The notes below the pieces were generated by a model that was not told where the DNA came from, did not search any database, and was given only the letters and a program-made list of their open reading frames with translations. Positions 48,494-56,879 of a stretch of DNA of 64,000 bases are shown piece by piece (the first letter of the stretch is position 1; the number at the start of each line of letters is the position of its first letter). The DNA is from an uncultured delta proteobacterium (GTDB taxonomy: Bacteria; Myxococcota_A; Polyangia; Polyangiales; JAFGIB01), in assembly GCA_963778655.1 (NCBI GenBank), contig CAVZVA010000012.1, positions 64,001-128,000 on the forward strand, written 5' to 3'. The position numbers and the translations under genes are program-made.

Positions 48494-49114
48494 TCAGAGC
48501 TCGAGGAAGCGCTGCAGCAGCGCCATGCCGAAGCGGTGGCTCTTCTCGGGGTGGAATTGCACGCCCAGCAGGTTGTCCCGCTGCACCGCGGCCACGAAGT
48601 CCACGCCGTAGCTCGCGGTCGCGATCACGTCACGCGGATCGTCGCAGCACACGTGGTAGGAATGCACGCAATAGTAGCGCTGCAGGCCCGCGTCGGGAGG
48701 CAGGATGGGGTTGTCGCGTGTGATCGTCAACTCGCTCCATCCCATGTGCGGCACCTTTAGGCCGCTTTCGGGCGGGAGCTGGAAGCGGCGCACGTCGGCT
48801 TCGATCCAGCCCAGACCGGGCAGCTTGCCCTCCTCGCTGCGGCGCGCCAGTAATTGCATCCCCAGGCAGATGCCGAGCACCGGCGCACCGGTTCGCAGGC
48901 GTTCCTCCAGCGGCGCGATGAAGCCCCGCTCGCGCAGCTCGGTCATGCCGTGATCGAAGGCGCCGACCCCGGCGATGATCACGCGCGTGGCGTGCGCCAG
49001 CGCGTCGGGCGAGCGCACGATCTCGCAAGCGTACCCGATGCGCTCGCACATGCGCTGAATGGACGCGAGATTGCCGCAGCCGTAGTCGGGCACCGTGACC
49101 GCGGGGACGCTCAT
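48494..49114 (-). CDS. hisH2: HisH2/WbuY-type glutamine amidotransferase
   Basis: DYGCGN, GVGAF, GICLGMQ, PHMGW, QFHPEKS. Confidence 0.92.
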   Translation of the reverse strand: MSVPAVTVPDYGCGNLASIQRMCERIGYACEIVRSPDALAHATRVIIAGVGAFDHGMTELRERGFIAPLEERLRTGAPVLGICLGMQLLARRSEEGKLPGLGWIEADVRRFQLPPESGLKVPHMGWSELTITRDNPILPPDAGLQRYYCVHSYHVCCDDPRDVIATASYGVDFVAAVQRDNLLGVQFHPEKSHRFGMALLQRFLEL

Positions 49115-49252
49115 CGAGCCGTCTCGAGCACCACGCGCGCGCAGCCGACGCAGAGGTGTGCGCGGCCGGATCCGTCCCCGGCGCTTGACCAGTCCCGACG
49201 GCCGCGATAGCGATGGAGCGCCTTCCGACTCGTTCGCGATTGCAGCGATGGC

Positions 49253-50461
49253 ATGTCAGAGACAGGGGTTATAGCACAGGCGCGCGCGCAGCCGCGGCTC
49301 GCGATCATCGCGCGTCTCTACCCGCGCCCGTACAATCCGCACGCCGGCCCCTTTAACCGCCAGCAGTTCCGCCGTCTGGCCCAGCACTATCGCCTGAGCC
49401 TGCTGGTGCCGGTTCCATGGAACGAGTGGATTCGCCACCGCGCCGAGCTCGGCCCGACGCGCGTCGATGGGCTGCGGGTGCGCTATGCGAGCTGGTGGTT
49501 TCTGCCCAAGCTGGCGAGCAGCTTGTATCCATTGTGGTTCGCGCTCTCGCTTTGGCCGCTCTTGCGCTGGTTGCGCGCCGCCGAGCCGGAGTGCCTGCTG
49601 GTGAGCTGGGCCTATCCCGATGCGGTGGGCGGTGTCGCGCTGGCGCGCGCGCTGGGCTGCCCGCTGATCATCCGGACCCACGGCAGCGACGTGAACGTGT
49701 ACGCCGCGGGCCGGCTGCCGGCGGCGCAGCTGCGCTGGGCGACCCAGCACGCCGCCTTCGTGATCTGCGTGAGCCACGCCCTCAAACGCAGCCTGGTGGA
49801 GCTCGGGGTGGAGCCCGACAAGGTCGCCGTCATCCCGACCGGGGTCGATACCGAGCGCTTCGCGCCACGTGCCCGGGACGGCGCGCGCCGCCAGCTCGGC
49901 CTTGCCGGCGATCGCAGGATCTTGCTGTTCGTCGGCAATCTGCTGCGCGCCAAGGGGCTGCACGAGCTGGTCGAGGCGTTCAGCGCGCTCGCCGCGCGGC
50001 GCCCCGAGCTGGACTTGGTGCTGGTCGGCCAAGGCCCCGAGCGCGCGTGGCTCGACGCGCAGGCCGCTCGGCTGGGGCTGGCTCATCGCATTCGGGCGGT
50101 CGGCGCCGTCGACCACGAGGCCGTCGCCACCTGGCTCAACGCCGCCGACCTGTTCTGCCTGCCCAGCCACCGTGAAGGGCTGCCGAACGGGGTGGTCGAG
50201 GCGCTGGCGTGCGGACTGCCCGTGGTCGCTACCGACGTCGGCGGCATTCCGGAGGCGCTCACCCCCGACAACGGCATCCTGGTGCGGCCTCACAGCGGCA
50301 GCGAGCTGGCTTCGGCGCTGCAACAGGCGCTCGATCGCGAATGGGACCGGGACGCCATCGTCGCCTCCGGCCGCCGGTTCTCCTGGGACGCCAACCTCAG
50401 CGCGACGCGGCGTCTGATCGACCAGGCCATCGCGCTCCATCGCCAGGGGCGCTCGCGCTAA
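49253..50461 (+). CDS. Glycosyltransferase family 4 (TuaC-like)
   Basis: WAYPD, HGSDVN, GVD, KG, PSHREGLPNGVVEALACGLPVVATDVGGIPE. Confidence 0.92.
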   Translation: MSETGVIAQARAQPRLAIIARLYPRPYNPHAGPFNRQQFRRLAQHYRLSLLVPVPWNEWIRHRAELGPTRVDGLRVRYASWWFLPKLASSLYPLWFALSLWPLLRWLRAAEPECLLVSWAYPDAVGGVALARALGCPLIIRTHGSDVNVYAAGRLPAAQLRWATQHAAFVICVSHALKRSLVELGVEPDKVAVIPTGVDTERFAPRARDGARRQLGLAGDRRILLFVGNLLRAKGLHELVEAFSALAARRPELDLVLVGQGPERAWLDAQAARLGLAHRIRAVGAVDHEAVATWLNAADLFCLPSHREGLPNGVVEALACGLPVVATDVGGIPEALTPDNGILVRPHSGSELASALQQALDREWDRDAIVASGRRFSWDANLSATRRLIDQAIALHRQGRSR

Positions 50462-50640
50462 GGACCCGAGCACAAATAACCGGATCACGGCCGGCTTGTC
50501 GGCGCAGTGCGATCGCGAGCGCGCCCGCAGAAAAAGCCACAGGAATACTCGATGTATTTCGAGGACAAGAGCCGCGAACGCGCCCGCCCACGAGCCGCAA
50601 CTGAGCAGATTTATCTGTCCTCGGGTCCTCGGGTCCCAAG
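50459..50640. mobile_element. Second MITE-like element (about 180 bp) whose left end overlaps the GT4 stop codon
   Basis: Left end AGGACCCGAGCACAAATAA versus right-end reverse complement AGGACCCGAGGACAGATAA (17/19). Internal hairpin GGAATAC-TCGAT-GTATTTC. TCGGGTCC is tandemly duplicated at the right end. Confidence 0.6.
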
Positions 50641-50795
50641 GGCGCCGCGCGCACCGCACCGACCCCTCTCCCCGACTGGACAGCGGGGAAAATTGCCGTG
50701 AAGACGGACCCCCGCGACTCGGCCGGAACCTCCGCCGCGCGCGTGTGCCATGCTTGGGCCTGCGCACGGCCGGCGACTCGGCCGGCGTGGACACC

Positions 50796-50882
50796 ATGAC
50801 CGCGCGCACGGCGTTCATACTCGGCACCGCCGGAGCGGACGGCAGCCATCCTGCGGCCGAGGTGGCGGGCGGAGGCCCATGA
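50796..50882 (+). pseudogene. 28-codon ORF resembling the N-terminus of GDP-mannose 4,6-dehydratase (remnant)
   Basis: MTARTAFILGTAGADGSHPAAEV resembles the Gmd start ALITGITGQDGSYLAE. Its TGA overlaps the wecB ATG. Confidence 0.4.
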
Positions 50883-51952
50883 AGATCCTGACCGCGATCG
50901 GCGCGCGGCCGCAGTTCATCAAGGCCGCCCCCGTGAGCGAGGCGCTGGCCCGCGCGGGCGCGCGCGAGGTGCTGGTGCACAGCGGACAGCACTACGACCA
51001 CGGCATGTCGCAGGTGTTCTTCGACGAGCTCGGTCTGCGGGAGCCGGACCTCAATCTCGGGGTCGGTTCTGGCTCCCACGCGGAGCAAACCGCCAGGATG
51101 CTGGTGGGCTTCGAGCAGGCGATCGCGCGCGAGCGTCCGGACGTGGTGATCGTTCACGGCGACACCAACTCCACGCTCGCCGCCGCCTTGGCCGCCGTCA
51201 AGCTCGGCGTCAAGGTCGCGCACAACGAGGCCGGGCTCAGATCGTTCAACCGCAGCATGCCGGAAGAGCACAACCGGGTGCTCACCGATCACTGCGCCGA
51301 CCTGCTGTTGTGTCCGACGCAGGCGGCGCGCGAACGGCTCGAGCAGGAGGGACTCGGCGACCGGGCGCACGTGATCGGAGACGTCATGTACGACGCGTGC
51401 CTGCGTTTTGCTGCGCTGGCCACCGCGCGCTCTCGCATTCTCGAGACGCTGGGCATCGCGCCTCGCGGCTATCTGCTGGCCACGCTGCACCGGCCCTACA
51501 CCGTCGATGCGCCGCTGCGGCTCGCCGGCGTCATGCGCGCGTTCGCGCGCCTGGATGGCGAAGTCGTGCTGCCGCGGCATCCGCGACTGGCGCTGCGGAT
51601 GCAGGAGCTCGGCATCGCCGCGCCGCCGAACGTGCGCGCGATCGAGCCGGTGGGCTACCTCGACATGGCGATGTTGGAGAAGAACGCGCGCCTCATCCTG
51701 ACCGACAGCGGGGGGGTGCAGAAGGAGGCGTACTTCTACGGCGTCCCTTGTTTGACCTTGCGGCCCGAAACCGAGTGGCGTGAAACCGTCGAGGCCGGTT
51801 GGAACCGGATCGTCGACGCCGACCAGGACGCCATCGTGCGCGCCGCCGGCGAGCGCATTTGGCCGGCGCAACGGCCGCAGCTGTTCGGCGACGGGCACGC
51901 GGCCGAGAAGCTGGTCGCCTTGCTGCCGTTGCTTGCAGCGAGACGTGACTGA
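50879..51952 (+). CDS. wecB: UDP-N-acetylglucosamine 2-epimerase, non-hydrolysing (WecB/WbpI)
   Basis: GARPQFIK, HSGQHYD, GDTNSTL, EAGLRS, MPEEHNR, TDSGGVQKEA, ETEW. Confidence 0.95.
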   Translation: MKILTAIGARPQFIKAAPVSEALARAGAREVLVHSGQHYDHGMSQVFFDELGLREPDLNLGVGSGSHAEQTARMLVGFEQAIARERPDVVIVHGDTNSTLAAALAAVKLGVKVAHNEAGLRSFNRSMPEEHNRVLTDHCADLLLCPTQAARERLEQEGLGDRAHVIGDVMYDACLRFAALATARSRILETLGIAPRGYLLATLHRPYTVDAPLRLAGVMRAFARLDGEVVLPRHPRLALRMQELGIAAPPNVRAIEPVGYLDMAMLEKNARLILTDSGGVQKEAYFYGVPCLTLRPETEWRETVEAGWNRIVDADQDAIVRAAGERIWPAQRPQLFGDGHAAEKLVALLPLLAARRD

Positions 51953-52039
51953 CGCCGGCGGCGATCCGCGATTTGCCTCGCTATCGCCGCTGCTCTAGGG
52001 TACGCCGGATGGTCGGGGCTCCGCGCGGCCGAGTCGATC

Positions 52040-54136
52040 GTGCAACACACGGTTTCGTTTCTCCCTCAGGGCTACGGCTTGGCGCTGGCGAGCGTGGCCG
52101 CGTTCTGGCTGGCGCTGGCTCTGCCGGGTTACGTCCTGGTGCGGCGCCTGTGGCCGCGCGCGCTCGACGGCGGCGGTCCCAGCGCGTTGGCGCTCGGCTA
52201 CTTGTGGAGCTTTGCGCTGGCTGCGCCGCTGTGCGACCTGTGCTACGCGCTGCGCCTGCCGGTCGCGGTGCTGTCGGGCGCCCTGGTGCTGGGCGTGCTG
52301 GTCGCCCTTTGGCTGCTGTGGCGTGAGCGCCGATCCTTCACGTTCCGCCGCCCCTCGTGGGTGGCGCTCGCTGTCGCGACGATCGTGGCCGCCGATCTCT
52401 GGCTCGGCTTGCACACCGGGAGTAACTTCGGCGGCGACGGGCGCTATCACGCCTCGCGGGTGCGCATGCTGCTGGTCCACGGCTTCAACAGCTGGGATCC
52501 GCTGGTGCCGGGCGGACACTTCGACGCGATCTACCACAGCAACGTGTACCACGCGCTGATCGCGGCGAGCGCCCAGCTGGTCGGCCTGCAGGCACCCGCG
52601 GCGTGGGCATTCGCGTTGTTCTTCGGCAAGCTCGCTGCGACCACGGGCGTCTATCACGTCACGTGGACGGTGATCGGGCAGCGCTGGATCGCGTGGATCT
52701 CGAGCGCGATCTTCGTCGTCTACATGGCGGCGCTGTCGACGATCTCGTATCCGAACACGCTGGCCGTCTACTGGCTGTTGTTGGTCGGCATCGCATTTCT
52801 GGTCGAGGCGCTGCGTGGCGAGCGCGGCCTTTGGCCCGTGGCCGGTCTGGGCGCGACCGCGCTGGTGCTGCCCCAGGTGCATGCCCTTTACTACGTGTTC
52901 GCGTGCCTGGTGATCGGTCCGGTGCTGGCGGGTGCCTGGGCGCTGGCGCGCGCCGGGCGTCCGCTGCGTGCCTCGGCCAGACAACTGGGTTTGGCCGCCC
53001 TGGTGCTCGGGCTCGGCCTGCCGTGGTTCGTGGTGGGGCGGCTTGAGGCCAGGGCCGAAACCGCCCGGCCCGACGACGCCGCGGAGCAGCAAGACCCGCA
53101 CAGCGCCGATACCGACACCGATGCTGGTACCGAGGTGGACGCAGGCGCCGCGGGTGCGCACGCGGGCGCGGCCGGAGCGGGCGCGGCGGGTGCGTCCGCA
53201 GCGCCGCAGCGCCCGGCGCAGGCGAAGCTGCCCCGCTATGCCCGGGCCAACGCCAAGCGCAACCGAGGCTTCCTGCACCTGCCCAGTGGCCTCATGATGC
53301 TGGCCCCGCGCTCGCTGCTCAATCCCCGGGGCCAGCAGTTCCAGCTGCTGGTCATGCTGCTCGCTGGCATGCTGCTGAGCTCGCGACGGCGCGATATCTT
53401 GCCGGTGCTGGCTGTGATGGGGCTGGTCATGGCGATGCTGTATGTGCCGCCCGTGTGCACCGCGCTGATCGCGGTGGCCGGCGAGCCCTGGGTGGTGCGG
53501 CGCCTGTCGGCGGTGCCGGCCGCGCTGCACATCGCGCTGGCGCCCGCACTGCTTTGCTCATTGCTGGCGCAGCGCATTTCGGGCGGCTGGCTGCGCCTGG
53601 CGTGTTTCGCCGCGGCCCTGGCTTACGCCTACACGCAGGGCGTGGACTCCGGTGCCTGGAAGCGGGCCAAGTACCTGCGCCACGGCGTGTCCGGCAAGTC
53701 GCTGTACTTCGGGCTGCGCGGGCACGCGCGCCGGCGCGCGCTGTATGGCCGCGCCATCCCGTTCGACGCGACGATCGTCGTCAGCCCGCAGCGCAGCGGG
53801 GAGCTGGTCGTCGACTGCGACTGCTATCCGCTTGCGCTCGGGCTCGATCAGAGCAGCCATGGATTGCACGACCTCGACCAGCGGCGCGCGGACGTCGCGT
53901 CTGTGCTCGGGCGCGAGTCGGACTTGAGCACGAAGGTCGCGATCCTGCGCCACTACCACGTGGACCGCCTATACGTGCGCAGCTGGAAGGAGTATCGCGT
54001 GCTCTGGCACTTCTACCGCCACATGCTCGTGCGCACCGAGCGCTACCGTAAGGACCGGATCATGGTCCTCGATCTCGGCCGCGCCGGCGCCGCGATCGAA
54101 TGGCGGAAGCAAAGGAGCGCACGTCACCGGCACTGA
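52040..54136 (+). CDS. Polytopic GT-C-like membrane protein
   Basis: LPGY, GDGRYH, DP, YHSNVYHAL, QVHALY, more than 12 TM segments. Paralogue of 59445..61286. Confidence 0.7.
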   Translation: MQHTVSFLPQGYGLALASVAAFWLALALPGYVLVRRLWPRALDGGGPSALALGYLWSFALAAPLCDLCYALRLPVAVLSGALVLGVLVALWLLWRERRSFTFRRPSWVALAVATIVAADLWLGLHTGSNFGGDGRYHASRVRMLLVHGFNSWDPLVPGGHFDAIYHSNVYHALIAASAQLVGLQAPAAWAFALFFGKLAATTGVYHVTWTVIGQRWIAWISSAIFVVYMAALSTISYPNTLAVYWLLLVGIAFLVEALRGERGLWPVAGLGATALVLPQVHALYYVFACLVIGPVLAGAWALARAGRPLRASARQLGLAALVLGLGLPWFVVGRLEARAETARPDDAAEQQDPHSADTDTDAGTEVDAGAAGAHAGAAGAGAAGASAAPQRPAQAKLPRYARANAKRNRGFLHLPSGLMMLAPRSLLNPRGQQFQLLVMLLAGMLLSSRRRDILPVLAVMGLVMAMLYVPPVCTALIAVAGEPWVVRRLSAVPAALHIALAPALLCSLLAQRISGGWLRLACFAAALAYAYTQGVDSGAWKRAKYLRHGVSGKSLYFGLRGHARRRALYGRAIPFDATIVVSPQRSGELVVDCDCYPLALGLDQSSHGLHDLDQRRADVASVLGRESDLSTKVAILRHYHVDRLYVRSWKEYRVLWHFYRHMLVRTERYRKDRIMVLDLGRAGAAIEWRKQRSARHRH

Positions 54137-54154
54137 GTGCCGCTGCCCGTGCCG

Positions 54155-56518
54155 TCAGTCGAGGGCCCACACGGTGGCTTCGTGGATCGACCACGCGTGC
54201 CCCGCGACGCCGTCGAGCAGGTCGATGCGGATCGCGCGCGTGCGCGCGGGCCGGGCCAACACCACGCGGAACGTGAACGAGTTGGGGTGATACACCTGGT
54301 CGCTGTAGAATCGCAGGGTAGGCCGAGTGAACACCGGGTCGTAGCCGCCGTCCTCGCGCTGCACCGAGAGCGTGAAGGCGGCGGGCGCATCGAACGCGTT
54401 GGAGAAGTGGCGGAGCTCGAGCGCGGCCACGGTGTGCTCCTTGCCGAAATCGATCTCAAACCAGTCGCCGGCGAGCTGCGCGCGGCCAGTGCCCCAGCTG
54501 CTCCTCGGGTTGCCGTCCAGCGCCAAGCCCGCGAAGGCGCTCTGAACGCTCGCGCGCCCGCGCAGCTCGCTGCGCGCGAGCGGCCGTGCCTGCGGCGGCA
54601 CGCGTGGCGTGGAGAGCAGGGACATCGAGCTGTCGCGGGGCGGCAGGATCTCGTACACGTAGTCGCCGTCTGCGCCGAAACGCGCGCGATAGTCCTCTGG
54701 GCGCTTGTCGAGCCAGCTGCGGATGCGCGCGGCGCGCCCTGCGGAACGATATTCGCGGGTGTGGACGACCAGGAACTTGGCGCCCAGCGCTTGCAGCAAG
54801 TTTGTCAGGGTGGAGCGCGGAAAGCGGCGGCTCTCGTAGATGTAGGCGTACGTCACTGGAGGCATCCAGCTCGACTTACCGTCGATGGTGCGGCGGCGGT
54901 GAAACAACGACAGGTAGTCGTTGCGCGCGCCGTAGTAGCCCAGCGTATACGACGGAATGTTCGCGATCGGCTCCGGACCCCGGTGGGCCTGCAACCAGGC
55001 GTACACCGGTGGCAGCTTGGCGCGCGACGGGAGCCGGTTGAGCGGTATGGGCGCGTTGCGGAGCTCGAGCAACATCGCCGCAAGCAGCACGGGGAACCAG
55101 AGCAGACGCAATCGTCCTGCGCCGCCCAACAAGCGCGCGGCGCCGAAGCCAGCCAGCACGGCCAGCGCCAGCATGATCAAGATCTGGAAGCGGCTCACAT
55201 AGCGCATGCCGTCGAGCCCGGGCACGTGGCGATACAGGTATTCGTAGGGGCCCGTCATCGGCTCGCCGTGGACCGCGAAGGGCGTCGGGCCGAGGAACAG
55301 GAGCACCCCGAGCACTGCCATGCCCAGGTACAGCAGGGTGTCCGGAGGCAGCAGGCGTTCGCGCTTGCGCAGGCGCCACAGCACGAGGGCGGCAAGGCCG
55401 ACCGCGAGCGCCGGCACCAGATCGCTGAGCCACAGGCTCAGGCCGGCCGCGAGCAGGACGCCGACCGCGCTCAGCGCCAGCGTCTGCAGGTGGGCGACGC
55501 GGGCCGCGCGCGGGCCGCGCTTGAGTGCGCCGACCACCGGCATGACCAGCGCGAGCGATGCGAGCAGCAACAAGGTGAAGCCCGGAAAGGCGATCGGCTC
55601 GGTCGGCCCGCGTGCGTCGTCGCGCAGCGGCGCGAGCAGCTTGTTGTAGCTGTAGACCTTGGTGAAGTCCTCGATGCGCCCCGCGTACTTGGTCGCGAGG
55701 TTCTCGCTGCGCGTCAACGGGAAATCCTGGCGCGCGCGAAAGTAGGGATAGAGCATGCCAGCAACCGGCAGCGCGGTCAGCGCTGCGGCCACGCTGAGGT
55801 TGAGCAGCGTGGCGCGCGGCCGCGGCCGGTGGCGCAGCACCAGCCAGGTTCCGGCGAAGGTGCCGTAGAGCGCGAGAAACACCGCGTAATACAGACAGCT
55901 TCCCACCTGCAGCGCAAAGGCGAGCCCGAGCCCGAGCAGGTCGAGCAGGCGGCCGCTCTTGGCGCTGCGGTGCAGAAACAGCGCGAACAACGGCACCCAC
56001 TGCGCAGCCACCAGCTGGAGGCGACCCAGCTCGAACGCGATGTAGGGACAAAATGCGTAGCCGACGCCCGACAGCACGCCCGCAAGCGCGCTTCCGCTGA
56101 GCTCGCGCACCAACAGGTACATACAAAAGCCCGACAAGCTGATGCACAGCAGCAGCAACAGGTTGTAGGCGAGCAGCGGATCGCCGCTGGGCAGGTAGAA
56201 GGGCGCATACAATAGAGCGAGCGCGAAGTGGTCCTCGTTGTTGGCGATCGAGAACGGAGTCGGCGCGCAGAAGTAGTCGTCGTAGACGCTCTTGAGGCTG
56301 GAGCTCATCCCCAGCGCGTAGTGGACGCGCGATCCGAGCACCTGGATGTTGACCATCGAGTCGTAGAACCACTTGGCTCCGACGACGTGGGTCGACAGGT
56401 GCGCCGGGAGCGGCCAGGTCATCGCCACCGACAGCGCGCAGAAACCGAGCAGCGCGGCGACATGCCGTCGCAACCGCTGCGAGCGGCCGGCGATCGTGGA
56501 CAGGGAAGGAACCTTCAT
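54155..56518 (-). CDS. GT-C-like membrane glycosyltransferase with C-terminal discoidin/F5-8C (CBM32-like) domain
   Basis: MTWPL, LAYN, AFCPY, PYEYLY..VPG.DGMR..SRF, and ALDGNPRSSW..DWFEIDFG..WSIHE. Confidence 0.75.
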   Translation of the reverse strand: MKVPSLSTIAGRSQRLRRHVAALLGFCALSVAMTWPLPAHLSTHVVGAKWFYDSMVNIQVLGSRVHYALGMSSSLKSVYDDYFCAPTPFSIANNEDHFALALLYAPFYLPSGDPLLAYNLLLLLCISLSGFCMYLLVRELSGSALAGVLSGVGYAFCPYIAFELGRLQLVAAQWVPLFALFLHRSAKSGRLLDLLGLGLAFALQVGSCLYYAVFLALYGTFAGTWLVLRHRPRPRATLLNLSVAAALTALPVAGMLYPYFRARQDFPLTRSENLATKYAGRIEDFTKVYSYNKLLAPLRDDARGPTEPIAFPGFTLLLLASLALVMPVVGALKRGPRAARVAHLQTLALSAVGVLLAAGLSLWLSDLVPALAVGLAALVLWRLRKRERLLPPDTLLYLGMAVLGVLLFLGPTPFAVHGEPMTGPYEYLYRHVPGLDGMRYVSRFQILIMLALAVLAGFGAARLLGGAGRLRLLWFPVLLAAMLLELRNAPIPLNRLPSRAKLPPVYAWLQAHRGPEPIANIPSYTLGYYGARNDYLSLFHRRRTIDGKSSWMPPVTYAYIYESRRFPRSTLTNLLQALGAKFLVVHTREYRSAGRAARIRSWLDKRPEDYRARFGADGDYVYEILPPRDSSMSLLSTPRVPPQARPLARSELRGRASVQSAFAGLALDGNPRSSWGTGRAQLAGDWFEIDFGKEHTVAALELRHFSNAFDAPAAFTLSVQREDGGYDPVFTRPTLRFYSDQVYHPNSFTFRVVLARPARTRAIRIDLLDGVAGHAWSIHEATVWALD

Positions 56519-56879
56519 CGCAAACCACGTCCGGTCCGACGCGGGCGCCGTGCGAGACCCGGACGGCGAAGGGCAGGGTAAGCGAGCGATCTCTCTGCCG
56601 GATGTCCCCGCCCTGGCGCTCGACCGAGGAGCGTTCGATCTGGACCCATGTACATGCGTGCGCTGGCTGCGTCAAGCCGCAGCGGCGGTTGCGGGCAAGC
56701 TTGCAGCGTGCCGGCCGCTCGATGGATGCGGCGAGCCGACGTGCTCGATCGAGACCCGTCGCGCATGGCAGCGTGCTGCCCAACGCCGAGCGCGCGGTGC
56801 TGCAACGCAAGTCTCAAACCGCGAGCCTTCGGATCACCTACCCGCTCTCCCCCAACCCCCTGTTCGATGCTAGCTTCCC

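Noticed and set aside
47734..49114. Histidine biosynthesis operon
   Set aside because: No other his genes are present. Sequence signatures and adjacency to wbpG indicate glycan-modifying paralogues.
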